Shown here piece by piece: positions 1 through 13,088 of a stretch of DNA of 64,000 bases. A program made the translations under genes and the position numbers. The DNA is from Tubulanus polymorphus (lineage: Eukaryota; Animalia; Nemertea), in contig NC_134025.1 in the NCBI RefSeq assembly GCF_964204645.1, forward strand, positions 682,001 to 746,000, written 5' to 3'. The notes under the pieces were generated by a model. The model worked only from the letters and a program-made list of their open reading frames with translations, was not told the DNA's origin and did no database searches. Positions within the stretch are counted from its first letter, which is position 1, and each line of letters opens with the position of its first letter.

Positions 1-235
1 CTAAAACTTGCCCGGGGGACAAGCATATCTGAAATTTTACTTACCCCCTCCAAAAGCTACTTGCCCTACACAGGCAGTCAGATTGGTGGCACTATCATCC
101 GTTGTATCGAGTGGGAAATCAGCTTTGTGACATAAAATTGCACTAGCCCGGGGGACAAGTGATAATGATACCTACTTGCCCCTGATGAGATGTACTTGTC
201 CCGGGCAATCGGACAAGTGCTTAGATCGGACCCTG
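1..235. mobile_element. Terminal fragment of a non-autonomous DNA transposon
   Basis: Repeated CTTGCCC(GGG)GGACAAG subterminal motifs ending in ...GGACCCTG, a CAGGG-type terminus. The element is cut by the window edge. Confidence 0.4.
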
Positions 236-477
236 TACCTAGGGGGTGTGGTCACATGATGCCTAGGGGGTGCGGTGTCACATTTCTATTGTGCGAGCAC
301 ATTTATTCTGTAGAAGTATTTTGTATTTAAATGTTATCTTTGATATATTTTCTGGGGTTTAATTGGGAATTTGACAGCTCTGTTTGAATTCCTTGTAAAA
401 CAGGTTTCATTCGGTCTTATGAACAAATCTTATTGTACATATTTTGTCATGATGGTTTGGAATAATTGTCATCAATG

Positions 478-491
478 CTGCCCTCTAGTGG
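478..491 (-). promoter_or_regulatory. CTCF-like motif CCACTAGAGGGCAG
   Basis: Matches the CTCF core consensus CCASYAGRKGGCRS, just downstream of the MED6 3' end. Motif match only. Confidence 0.35.
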
Positions 492-678
492 GTCCATAGA
501 GTAACTAATAAATTGTAATCATTTGTTTACATTTATCATTGAACATTTTATTATTTGTATAAAATACAATACATTGTATTGAATATGATTCATTGTACAG
601 TCAATAAATTATATATTTGTTATTATTGAAGTAGTTTTACGTTAATACACATTTGAGATCATCACTAATCCTGTGAGA

Positions 679-2704
679 TTATCGAGATATTTTAATCTTT
701 TTCTCTGGCGGCATTTTGATACTCGATTGCGATGAAACTTGTGAATTTACGTCATCTTGTTTCTCCGTTTTAATCTCAGTCTTTATTTCTGACTTTGCGG
801 CCGATTCTTCTAGAAAATAAAATAAACATAATTTCATAGAAGAAATTGATTTGAAACAAATTCTTCGTATAATTTATACATCAGAAACTCTTTACCTTTA
901 TTTGCTTCTTGATGACCGGGAAATCTCGGAGGATATTTTCTCGCTAAAGCTTCCAAGAGAACATCGACTCTCTGTCTTTGAAATAAAGAACTCGGTTCCT
1001 CTTTCTTCGTCTTCTTTCCTTTATCCTTTTCTTTATCTAAATAGAATATTTACTGTAATAATGTTTTATTCGGAAGTTTTAAAATGGCCGAACTAAAAAA
1101 CGGTGTGAAATATTCGAGGAATTATACGAGCGCTCTGACCACAGAGACAACAGACAAGGAAGCAAATTAGATACCGCGTGAATGTAGTGAATATTTGTTT
1201 ACCAGTTTTATCTTTCTCTTTGAAATCCCACCAGTAAGATTTCGATGGATGATACTGTGAATACGATTGAACTGACAAAAAAAAAGATCGCAGTATTTAA
1301 TTCTATTCACAAACACAGATAGAAATTGTATATCGAATTCTACATATGAATTCATGCTGGTTTTCTAATTCAGTGATATCTGATTCTTTACCTTCATCAA
1401 ATGCAGAATGTAAATGAGCCACTGTATTTAACTGTAAATATATAAATACAATAGTAAACTGATACATGATGGCAGGGAGAGGCGTGAGGGGAGAGAGGTG
1501 TGAGGGGGAGAGAGGTGTGAGAGGGAGAGAGGTTTTAGGAGAGAGAGGTGTGAGAGGAGAGGTGTGAGAGGGAGAGGTGTGTGAGGGGGAGAGAGGCGTG
1601 AGGGGAGAGAGGTGAGGGGAGAGAGGTGTGAGGAGAAGGGTGTGAGGGGGAGAGAGGTGTGAGGAGAGAGGTGTGAGGAGAGAGAGGTGTGAGGGGAGAG
1701 GTGTGAGGGGGAGAGGTGTGAGGGGGAGAGGTGTGAGGGGGAGAGAGGTGTGAGGAGAGAGAGGTGTGAGGAGAGAGAGGTGTGAGGGGAGAGGTGTGAG
1801 GGGGAGAGGTGTGAGGAGAGAGGTGTGAGGAGAGAGAGGTGTGAGGGGAGAGGTGTGAGGGGGAGAGGTGTGAGGAGAGAGGAGTGAGGGGAGAGAGGTG
1901 TGAGGAGAGAGAGGTGTGAGGGGGAGAGGTGTGAGGGGGAGAGGTGTGAGGGGAGAGAGGTCACTGGTCATTACTTACTAATCTTGAGTTAATAACCGAA
2001 CATAAATCCGGTGCTTGGTAAACAACGCCACCTATGATGTAATAATCCGCTAAAGGAGTAGCTGAAATAGATTGAAATGCAACACAGTAGATTATAGATA
2101 ATCCTTGAGAGGATTAGGATTAATGTCACAGACGGTATTTTTACCTTGTTGAGGTGAATGTCGATGTTGTTTACGTATGACGTATAAAATTGGTTCCTGA
2201 ACGTGCAATAAAATATATTCTAATCCTGTTAAATTACTGAAATAAAAAATACGAAACAGAATCAATCAATTAATGAGATCACCTGACATATTTTTAATTG
2301 ATCGAGGAAGAAGGTGAATCACTTACTTCAATTGATCAGGATTCAATCTCTGCATTTTAACGATTTCATTATTACAAGTTCGATCATAAAATGGGTTCGA
2401 TCTCTCGGAGAAATAATCCATCACATTTCCGGGTCCGAGAACTTGAAACCACGAACTGTCGTGCCACGATATCGTCAACGTATCTGCGTTGAATAAAATT
2501 TAATTTGATTTGTTAGATTTTCTGACGTTTAAAGCGGATTTTACAAATATTTACGGATTAAACAATAAAAACTGACACATCAGTTTGTAAATCTAGTCAA
2601 CATCTTATTCAAAACATACATTTAACATCAATCAGTTTAATATTTATTGAAATAATCAACATTATTGGTTAAAAATTTCCACCTTGTTGTCTTTGATCCA
2701 CCAT
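679..2704 (-). CDS. MED6: Mediator of RNA polymerase II transcription subunit 6 (8 exons)
   Basis: Spliced translation [124 protein letters not shown] matches the known MED6 sequence. GT-AG junctions are in frame. Confidence 0.95.
1474..1960. repeat. GA-rich minisatellite (GAGAGGTGTGAGG variants) in MED6 intron 4
   Basis: Directly visible tandem array. It produces the spurious PLTP/SHLS ORFs. Confidence 0.95.
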
Positions 2705-3704
2705 CTTGAATAACGATGACACCTAGCGGAGATTTCCAGCACCAACCATAGAATTGTTAACAGCAAGAACTGCGATAAACAAATTACAAACTTTTATTAG
2801 TGACAACTGTTTACATATTATCGGGTCTTTTGAAGTTACAAACGAAAAGCATTGACAAAGTTATGGATAGCGAGGCTGGGGGAAAACTGCAGAAATTGAT
2901 TCATCCCTCCTCTCTTTGAGCCCCCGAGAGTCTTTTATTTAAAGGTTCTTTTGAAAATTCAATTTTCTCTCTTAAATAACTTTTTCAAAAAGTAAACACC
3001 GTCCTGCAGAGTATTACTGAGCAACCGAACTCGTCCCGCGCGGTGTCCGTGCCGGGTTTGGGAAAACACCAGTCCCCCTCCTCCCGGCCCGCTCAATCAT
3101 TTCCCCCACGGATAGATTCCCTTTAGACATTGTCGAAGCAATTAGCGAGGCCTCCCTAATCACACGCACCATGGATTTCCCGCCGATCGCCGGTTTACGC
3201 GCACGGCCGACTCGAAAAGCGCGGGAAAACCCAAATCGCACTTTCGTTTACTACGAAATGTGATGTACGTCACTATACCGTAAGCATACGTAAATTTCTA
3301 AATATAACTATTCCCATTCGACAACGCCGTCCAATAGAACACCGATGAGTCACCGAAAAAAAAAACAGCTATTCAATTGAGTTCATTAAATGTTTTGTCA
3401 TTTGGCTACTGGAGATCTGGACTGGAAACATCGGTTCAAGCGTCTCGGAGTGAAAACGATTTCAACATATCAGCCAAACTGGGAAATCTTCACGTTCGCA
3501 TTTTGTTTTTACCTATATTGTTACTACTGGGATAGATGATGTAAATCAATCTGTCCTAAAAAACTGATAATTCGACCTGAAAGTGAGACTGATATTTTCC
3601 ATTTGAAGCGCGAGTACAGATCCGTACCAGGAACTGATAGTCTGTGACTGCGCTTTCCTGGTTTCATTTTCCGCTGGAGATTGGACGAGATAAGATTCGC
3701 GATA

Positions 3705-6700
3705 ATGAATCGCTTCATCAAATATCAACAGTTTATAGGATTTTTAGTGATCTTCATCACTTCAGGTAATTAGTAAAATATTTATATACTTTGTCACAGT
3801 TTCTCAAATTAAAGTTTAAGGTTTTTAAGGTTTCGAATGAAAACCATGCAGGCCTATACTTAGGGGGTTTGGGGGTCGGAATGAGAAGCTCACACCAACT
3901 CAATGACGAAGTCTCTAGGGGGTATTTAGGAGGTTCCGCTCATTGACGAAGTTGCGCCCGGATGCCGGCCTTAAGAAAACTTAAGCATCGATTTCAAAAA
4001 CTTCGACACCTTTTCATTACGTAGTGTGAGTCTTTACTTCTATACTAACAGGACCCGACATTTGCGTGCGATGGGTACCTTACAAGAAATAAGCTCCGCT
4101 TTCATGAAAGTCGAATCCCCCAAGACATGGTTGATCCCACGGCCTGAAAACTTACCGACTTAAACGTACCGTAATGAATGAGTCATCCGCTCTAGATTTT
4201 GATAGAATGAGTTTTTTTAAAGATGGACTTTGATTACGATGGATCAGATAAAACACTTTTGATTGGCCGCACTTGACTTAACTATGAGTGGGCGTCTCTT
4301 GAGTGGTGCTAAACTACCTTCATAGATAATATAGATAATGTCGTCGTCATCCAAAATCACCTGGCAATATCTAAACAAACCGATCAATCCCACAATACAG
4401 GGCCAGATCTAAGATATGCTCAAACATGGTGTAGTGAAACCATTACTTCTTGGGCTACAGAAAAACGGACGAGCTAAAACCGAACGTCGGGAAGCCCTTT
4501 TTAGGGAACATTTTTTGGCAACTGCGAAACTATAAATCTACAAAAAAATAAAAAAGTATTCGAAAAATAATTGGGGCCAGAAGAAAGGGCCACCCAGAAA
4601 AGGGTTAGTGGTTGGGGGTTGCGGGTCGTCACTCCCTCACGGTCCACCTCATATATCAATAATCACTGATGCAATATTGAGTCCTTAGGATTTGGGATTC
4701 ACACTATAAAGCCGGGTGAGGTCGATCGTCACAAGGCCGACCTAAACTCCCGGTTTATAGTGTGAATGAAGCCCAAACAGTTTCCATTATAATTGATGAT
4801 TTATTTTCGATGTTTGTTTTAACTACGTTTATTCCAATCAGTATTAAAAAGAAAACATTTTTTTCCAACTCGTTTTTCTTACTGAGTGCGGAATTAAAAT
4901 ATCAATATCGACTTGTGATTCTCATCTCATCTCGTTTGACAGTCGAGTGCCGCAGATTCCGTCACCACAATTCAGTATTACGATGTAAAGATAGAAATCT
5001 CGATGAGTGTCCGACTTATGACGGCAGAGAACCGCAATGCTTCAATCGACAAACACAATTCTGTTGTAAAAGCGTCGTTTATGAGGAATATGTACAGAAA
5101 AACGGGAAGGGATTTCATCGGGGCTGTTGTGGAGGTACCAGATATGACTAATATATAATCAATCCATTTACGTATATCAATAGTCTCAATATACTGGAAA
5201 TTTTTGTCATTTACAATCAGTTAATTGCTGAGGGTTTTAACAATCCTTTTTACACACAATTACCTAGTTTTAATTATGTATAATTGAGCATTAGAATTTG
5301 TTTGAAATTACTTCCTCTTTTCATTGTATCATTGTGAATGAGTAAGGAATCTAAAAAAACCGTTTAATCATCAGTTTTGTCTGATCAGTTTGAATATTGA
5401 ACCTTTTCTTTTTATCGCCTGTAGGAAAACTAGTAGAAAACGTGGACAGTCAATTGTGCTGTAAAGGACGAATTGTACATAATGCGAATCCGTACACTAC
5501 GAAATGTTGTCCATACACCGCGGAAGACGCGTCAGAACTCTACGATCCGAATATATCTATTTGTTGCGCCGATCGCAATATATACGACAGATACGACAGC
5601 AACGGTACAGAAAGTATGTAATATTCATTTACAGTCTGTTCCCGACTCATTACTATTCAGAAATTCGGCTAGAAAACTTATTGTTCAAACTCAGCCAAGA
5701 TTTCATAGAGCCTATAACAATTTGAAATCTTGTTTGCAATTTTCCCATTTCTAGAAAATTTTAGAATTCCACTGAAAAGCGGCAGGGGCTGCATTTGCTC
5801 GAAAGTTCGTAAGAGTTTGCTGGTGGATAAAAGCTTTGTAAATTCAAGTCCTTATGGCATTTAAATCAACCGGTTGAATTTAACCAATTTTTGAGCAACT
5901 GCAGCAGTCTCCCTCTCTCGATCCGGTGGTCATTTAGCCCTAACCGATTAGACGTTCTTAACAATTTCTATTCATCCAATTGTTATATGAAACACACATA
6001 TACTTTTATCATACAAATATCGTCACAATTTAACATAAATCACGTGGTGTATTTCAGCGATTTGTTGCGGTGCAAAGCAACAGATTAACGGGCGACAAGA
6101 ATGTTGCAGGAACAAGAATCCTTACGATCCATATACACAGTTCTGTGAAGAAGTAGATGGTACTGTTCATAATTCAAACCAGGCTCAATGTGGAACTCGC
6201 ACATATAATCCATTTGATCGATCGTGTTGTGCAGGTATATACTATAGATAATTCATAGTTCGATTTTGGGCCAGATTTAGCTTAAAATAATAAGTTAATT
6301 ATGAATAATCTCATAATATCAAGGAGTGCATAGTCGAGGTGATGATTTTAGACCAGTCCAAGACCGAATTATAATTCTATCTACCAATCTAACAACTTAA
6401 AATCAGTCTAAGCTCATTTTGGTTTCATAACCAATCTAACAGTTTAAGACCAGTCTAAGTTCATTTTGGTTCTAAAACCAATCTAACAACTTAAAATCAG
6501 TCTAAGCTCATTTTGGTTCTATAACCAATCTAACAACTTAAGACCAGTCTAAACTTATTTTGGTTCTATAACCAATCTAACAACTTAAGACCAGTCTAAG
6601 CTCATTTTGGTTTTATAACCAATCTAACAACTTAAGACCAGTCTAAACTTATTTTGGTTCTATAACCAATCTAACAACTTAAGACCAGTCTAAGCTCATT

Positions 6701-9700
6701 TTGGTTTTATAACCAATCTAACAACTTAAGACCAGTCTAAGCTCATTTTGGTTCTATAACCAATCTAACAACTTAAGACCAGTCTAAGCTCATTTTGGTT
6801 TTATAACCAATCTAACAACTTAAGACCAGTCTAAACTCATTTTGGTTTTATAATCAATCTAACAACTTAAGACCAGTCTAAGCTCATTTTGGTTCTAAAA
6901 CCAATCTAACAACTTAAATCAATGGTAAAACCGGGATTGTGTCTATTATTTCAGGTCATTTGACTGATTTTCCAAAGGTCTCTAGAAAGAAGAACGGTAA
7001 GATTGTTGTGAAAAGAAGCTCATGTTGTGGAAGCACAAACATTCATCCCGATAGAGAAATTTGCTGCGAAGGAAAGTATCCGTTCCCACGATCTGGAATC
7101 TACCAATGCTGCAGAGGGGCTAAAACCCGTAAGTGAATCCTTAATATTATTTACGCCTGAAAAGGCGGATGAAGGCAGTGCTCAATCCGCCTCTGATACC
7201 TCAGTATTCAACTACATACATAATTCTTATAGATGAATTAAAGTTCAAGCTTAAAAGCGTCCGGGACATTGTGACAACTAGCATTTTGTACTTCGTCAAT
7301 CCTCATCTAATGGTCTAGCGGTTAGCATGCTCGGCTGGCATGCTGGTGGTCTAGCGGTTAGCATGCTCGGCTGGCATGCTGGTGGTCTAGCGGTTAGCAT
7401 GCTCGGCTGGCATGCTGGTGGTCTAGCGGTTAGCATGCTCGGCTGGCATGCTGGTGGTGGTCTAGCGGTTAGCATGCTCGGCTGGCATGCTGGTGGTCTA
7501 GCGGTTAGCATGCTCGGCTGGCATGCTGGTGGTCTAGCGGTTAGCATGCTCGGCTGGCATGCTGGTGGTGGTCTAGCGGTTAGCATGCTCGGCTGGCATG
7601 CTGGTGGTCTAGCGGTTAGCATGCTCGGCTGGCATGCTGGTGGTCTAGCGGTTAGCATGCTCGGCTGGCATGCTGGTGGTCTAGCGGTTAGCATGCTCGG
7701 CTGGCATGCTGGTGGTGGTCTAGCGGTTAGCATGCTCGGCTGGCATGCTGGTGGTGGTCTAGCGGTTAGCATGCTCGGCTGGCATGCTGCTTGTGGTCTA
7801 GCGGTTAGCATGCTCGGCTGACATGCTGGTGGTCTAGCGGTTAGCATGCTCGGCTGACAAGCTGGTGGTCTAGCGGTTAGCATGCTCGGCTGGCATGCTG
7901 CTTGTGGTCTAGCGGTTAGCATGCTCGGCTGGCATGCTGGTGGTGGTCTAGCGGTTAGCATGCTCGGCTGACATGCTGGTGGTCTAGCGGTTAGCATGCT
8001 CGGCTGGCATGCTGGTGGTGGTCTAGCGGTTAGCATGCTCGGCTGGCATGCTGGTGGTCTAGCGGTTAGCATGCTCGGCTGGCATGCTGGTGGTCTAGCG
8101 GTTAGCATGCTCGGCTGGCATGCTGGTGGTGGTCTAGCGGTTAGCATGCTCGGCTGGCATGCTGGTGGTGGTCTAGCGGTTAGCATGCTCGGCTGGCATG
8201 CTGGTGGTGGTCTAGCGGTTAGCATGCTCGGCTGGCATGCTGGTGGTCTAGCGGTTAGCATGCTCGGCTGGCATGCTGGTGGTGGTCTAGCGGTTAGCAT
8301 GCTCGGCTGGCATGCTGGTGGTCTAGCGGTTAGCATGCTCGGCTGGCATGCTGGTGGTGGTCTAGCGGTTAGCATGCTCGGCTGGCATGCTGGTGGTGGT
8401 CTAGCGGTTAGCATGCTCGGCTGACAAGCTGGTGGTCTAGCGGTTAGCATGCTCGGCTGGCATGCTGGTGGTGGTCTAGCGGTTAGCATGCTCGGCTGAC
8501 AAGCTGGTGGTCTAGCGGTTAGCATGCTCGGCTGGCATGCTGGTGGTGGTCTAGCGGTTAGCATGCTCGGCTGGCGTGCTGGTGGTGGTCTAGCGGTTAG
8601 CATGCAAGAGATAGAAACAGGTTCCTCCAAATTGATGCAACGAAATTTTTTCATTCAGTTTCTTTTACTATTTTTAACGAATTGTACACATTTTGAAGAA
8701 AAGTTATCTTTTATGTGACGCAAATGATTTTTCCCCTTAGCTTACATGTAAATTAGTGAGTAAATACTAAGTATATACATGTACACGAGTTTATAAATAT
8801 ATAAGATAATATGAATATTGGGTCAATACGCGGTGACAAACAAACTGAACAAATACTTAAAAAACTGCTGTCACTAATTATCTGAAGTATATAAATCTTA
8901 TTTAGGAGATAAATGCGCGGCGATATCGGGTCGCTCTGCATGATAACCAGGAATTCCCCGGTTCTATTTATAACTGTGGGTTTTTACTGAGCTATTATTA
9001 GAAGCAGTCAAGGCCTGCGAGATAATAAACACACTCACTCAATCCTTCGATAACCTGTTTGATATAGATCATAACTGGTTCTTAAGTTTACAAAGATATG
9101 TTCGATACATGAATACTATTTTATGTCATTTATTTACATGCAGCAATGTGTCATTATTACGGAAGCCCCTAAATGATATGCGAGATAATTCTTTCACAAT
9201 TTCGACGACTCATTATAACGAATTTCGATATAATAAGTCGAAACTGTGAAAAAATTATCTCGTATGTCACCTAGGGGCTTCCGTACATGATAGTGCTATT
9301 CAAGGTTGAAACGAAACGAATGTACAAATGATACGTTGTTTCGGTCGGGTCACTTTTTAAACTGCAATAAAATTTATTAACACTTCTAAAGCTGCTGGGT
9401 GTGTTATTGTTAGCTTGAACAGGATTTTTTGAAGAAAATAAATGTACATGGTAGATAGGCGGTCGGCCGGCTGGGTCAAGTTACTCGGCAAAAATGAGAA
9501 ACAAGTCATTCTTTATAAAGCCTTAGTGCCAAACTCGAACTGTATCAGATTAGATCTTTAATCATATTTTGTTGTAAATGTAGGAAGGTTTTTAGGTCTA
9601 GGTTACTGGTCTAGGTTATGATAGGACCCAGACTAACATTATTTAAGAAATAAGTTATCTTTAAGGTGAATCAATTTTATGTAAATGTTTTAATTTTTTC

Positions 9701-11407
9701 CAGATAACATAAATCCACAAAAACAATTATGTTGCGGTGGTGTTCCGTTCAACCTTGATCCGAATTTAAACGAATGTTGTGGATCAAAAACATACAATAA
9801 AAAACTTCAAGGTTGTTGTGTTGGACAAATATACAACAAGAAGGAACAAAAATGCGCACTAAGTGAGTAATATCTACTGGTATATGTAGAAAGAATCGAG
9901 TTCAATCATGGACTCCTTCGTTTTAGAGTCCATGGTTCAATGTAATTGGTAGTTTGAATCCTGAAAGTGACAGGGTTTCTTTCTGTAGTTCTTCTCTGAG
10001 CTCTCCACCGCAACAATCGATCGTTTGAATCCTGACAGTGACGGAGTTTCTTTCTGTAGTTCTTCTCTGAGCTCTCCACCCCGACGTGATAGTTTGAATC
10101 CTGACATTGACAGAGTTTCTTTCTGTGGTTCTCCTCTGAGCTCTCCACCCCCGACAATCGATATCCTGGAAAATTCCTTTATTTCTATTTTTACCAGAAC
10201 GATAACATAATAAATACATTTATGTATTTGTAATTCCAGGAAATGAAAGGGGTGACAACAGAGTCGTAGTTAGTGTGGATTCTGTGTTGTGTGATGGTGT
10301 TGTACAAGCTGATAATCAGCTCTGTTGTGGTGGATATGCATTAATTAACAAATCGAAACGTACTCATAATTCATGCTGTTTGAATTCGAAATATAACGAA
10401 TTCCACACTTACGATAATTCTACACATGTAAATACGATCGAACTTTTGCCGTAGCAATTGGTTTACACGGACATCGTAAAACTCATGTTAACATTTCTAT
10501 TTCAGATATGCGCTGATGAAATATACGATATATCAGAATCACAAAGATTTGAGAAATGTATTAGTGAATTTGGTGGTTGGGAATGGATGAATCCTGATGT
10601 ACACTTGTGCTGTAACGGTGGCAGATTCAGAAAAACTGAACCAAACTACAATAAATGTTGCGCCTATTCCACCTACAACATCCGTACTGAAACGTGTTGT
10701 AATGGAATGATTGGTGACATTCCTGAACGCCTTGCTGTGTAAGTTTTTACAAATCCGTGATCAAATTCATTTCAACCATTCGAAAACTGCTAGATATTAT
10801 AGTAACGATTGTACTGAAGATTCACAAGTTATTTACGATATTGAAACTTGACACAACAATTCGTGAAAATATGATCCAAATGAAGATATCAGACAGTTTA
10901 TTGAGACCACGATATTTCGGCTGCTCCCAAAACGGCATCAGGGAAGCTTTGTGGCGTCAATAAAAATTTTCTAATATTTGAATATTTCACCCTCTACATA
11001 TTTTTAGGTGTTGTAAAAATGGTGAGGTCCAATTGAAACGGAACCGAACATCTGAATGTATCCCGGATACTTTCATTAGATGCAACAATACGTGGATAGA
11101 TCCGTTGGTTACCGTCTGTTGCCAGGGTACACCGAGGTCACGTGATAGCGGGGACCGATGTTGCGGATCGGTATTCTATAACGGTTCGCTGTTTGCTTGT
11201 TGCGCCAATAAGAACAAATTTAACACGGTATATCAATGCTGTAATAGTGATACTGGTGCAGTGTCAGCTATACCCTGTTACAAAACTGAGGCTTATTTCG
11301 ATAGATTATCAAATACTGCATTTATCAGGGCGAGCAATGTTACAGTTGTGTTATGTTTGTTCTTTGTTTTTGTTATCTCTGTATCGATTTTATCAGATTC
11401 TAATTGA
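3705..11407 (+). CDS. Galaxin-like Cys-Cys repeat extracellular protein (9 exons; signal peptide, C-terminal hydrophobic TM/GPI-like tail)
   Basis: Exon 1 (3705-3765) encodes MNRFIKYQQFIGFLVIFITS. Further exons start at about 4943, 5426, 6059, 6955, 9704, 10240, 10506 and 11008 and join in frame. Repeated di-cysteine motifs (QFCCKS, QLCCKG, YDPNISICC, YNPFDRSCC, TETCCNG) are typical of galaxin/usherin-like repeats. The protein ends VVLCLFFVFVISVSILSDSN. Confidence 0.8.
4697..4768. mobile_element. Short palindromic MITE-like element
   Basis: ATTCACACTATAAAGCCGGG...CCCGGTTTATAGTGTGAAT inverted repeat. Confidence 0.5.
6380..6917. repeat. 47-bp tandem repeat (~11 copies) in galaxin-like intron 4
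   Basis: Unit ATAACCAATCTAACAACTTAAGACCAGTCTAAGCTCATTTTGGTTCT. Confidence 0.95.
7311..8605. repeat. 36/39-bp tandem repeat (~35 copies), tRNA/SINE-head derived
   Basis: Unit GGTCTAGCGGTTAGCATGCTCGGCTGGCATGCT(GGT)1-2. Nearly identical to the tRNA-like head at 13022. Confidence 0.9.
9158..9285. mobile_element. MITE with long terminal inverted repeats
   Basis: TACGGAAGCCCCTAAATGATATGCGAGATAATT...AATTATCTCGTATGTCACCTAGGGGCTTCCGTA. Confidence 0.7.
9330..9525. mobile_element. Degenerate copy of the MITE family also at 17960 and 24628
   Basis: Shared blocks GGGTCA.TTT..AAA.CTGCAAT, GGTAGATAGGCGG.CGGCCGG and GAGAAACAAG...AGCCT. Confidence 0.55.
9950..10160. repeat. ~70-bp repeat, 3 copies, containing a B-box-like GTTTGAATCC; related copy at ~16905-17030
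   Basis: Unit GTTTGAATCCTGA.AGTGAC.G.GTTTCTTTCTGTAGTTCTTCTCTGAGCTCTCCACC. Confidence 0.75.
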
Positions 11408-11602
11408 ATTTTATGATGTCAGAGAAAGTTGAAGTTTTGGGGGATGGAGAAGCGGAGGGTGTAGGGTGGAAGGGTAGAAGGGTGGAGGTGGGGGATGGCG
11501 GGTGGAGGCAAGGTGCACCCAATTCGTGTGTGTATATCATTTTTGTATATGAAATCGTTGTAATTATCAGGATATGAATTTGTTAAATAAGATATCAATC
11601 AT

Positions 11603-11682
11603 TGCACGGTGCGGTTGCATGGCGCGGTTGCACGGCGCGGTTGCACGGTGCGGTTGCACGGCGCGGTTGCACGGCGCGGTTG
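11603..11682. repeat. 13-bp tandem repeat (TGCACGGCGCGGT)n in galaxin-like 3' UTR region
   Basis: About 6 copies are visible. Confidence 0.85.
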
Positions 11683-13021
11683 AATATGAATGAATTTTGT
11701 TTTTAAAGCAATGAAATCATAGTGGAAATATTCTGTATATATATAGTATTTTAACTGATGTTGGAAATCTGACCCTTAAATTATTCAAATCGTTCGTGAA
11801 ATTTGACGAAGATGTTTAGTAGGGTCAATTGGCCTCTAGGGTAAAATGTTATTGGAGTGTTTTTGGCCTGTAACATGTTGGGATCTATCTATCTCATGGG
11901 GTAGGTCTATATTAAGTTTCTTTTTTTCTCAACTCGGTCTGAGGTCTGAGGCACCATAACAAAGATTTTAGTCGTCTATACTGTATGGATTGTAGACTTC
12001 TGAAATGTAACAAAAGAGATATTTAACGACTAAAGGGTAAACCACTGACAGTGTATTATAACCGAGTATAGCTGTAGTGATAATCATGTCGTAGAAAAAC
12101 TTGTATTTCATCTCGCACAAATATTTTCGATGCGTAAATTATGTTTTTTTGCTCAACTCAATTGTAAATAAATGTAAAAAATAATATTCATCTGGTATTG
12201 AAATATTGATATATAATTGATCTATTGTTTTATCGTGTACAGAATGTATGGAATAATGTCACATACGACATTCATTAAATAATGTTATATCATATTATTG
12301 ATTAAGTAATTGTATAAAGATTTCTGTTGAATAAAAAACATCATTCATGAGAGGCTCTAATCAGTTAGTACATCTAGTTGTAAGATGATCATCTATCTAG
12401 CAATTCATTAACCCCGACATGGAATAGAATCAACTCCATGCGGAAACTGCGATGATCCGGCTCACTGTTCTCGGATAGTGTAATTGTAAATGAAACTAAC
12501 TTTTGACTAAAAAGCCTAACACGACAACTAAATGGGACTGAGCAAAATGAAATAAATGCAAAATTTCTGTTATCGCGATCCTACATAGGGCACGTTTCTT
12601 AGACAGTGTGGCGGAGGAAGGGGGGGGGGGGTTCTGCATGTTGTTCTTGCGTTTGCTGTCCGGATAGCCTTAATTCACTCAAAATGGCGCCTCAAAACGT
12701 GACCTCTTATTATCAATAGTAATAAAGTGTATTTGTGATTAAAAATGAATGTTTAATGGTATTTTCTTTGTCACTGAGAAGAGGAACTATAAAAAATGAG
12801 TTTGTAAATGACCCCCTCCCTCGAGCAGTCTGGGAGCTCGGTTATATTTCCCGTTTTGGTGGTGGAAAATTCTCCTTTGAAAAATTTGTGCGCAGCAAAT
12901 GGACTATAGAAACTCTTTGAAACTTTTCAAAAACGGCAGAATTGAAGTCACTATACCTGACTGATTACCATACCTAAATGACTCATCTGACTGACTAAAC
13001 GAGCCTTATTTATAACTTATC

Positions 13022-13088
13022 GGTGGTGGTCGAGTGGTTAGCATGCCCGCCTGGCATGTAGGAGGTAGCATGCTCGAGTCCCGCTAGG
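13022..13088 (+). mobile_element. tRNA-derived SINE head or tRNA pseudogene
   Basis: A-box-like TGGTCGAGTGG, anticodon-loop-like CTGGCAT and degenerate B box CTCGAGTCC. No intact cloverleaf. Confidence 0.55.

Noticed and set aside
1303-1971. Pro/Leu/Thr-rich ORFs
   Set aside because: They come from a GA minisatellite in a MED6 intron.
7311-8605. CRISPR-like array
   Set aside because: Head-to-tail repeats without unique spacers, no cas genes, and a eukaryotic intron context.
7296-8654. 452-aa ORF (PPACQPSMLTAR)n
   Set aside because: It is the translation of an intronic satellite with unit lengths divisible by 3. There is no other coding evidence.
13022-13088. Functional tRNA-Ala gene
   Set aside because: Degenerate B box and acceptor stem. 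Better explained as a SINE head or pseudogene.
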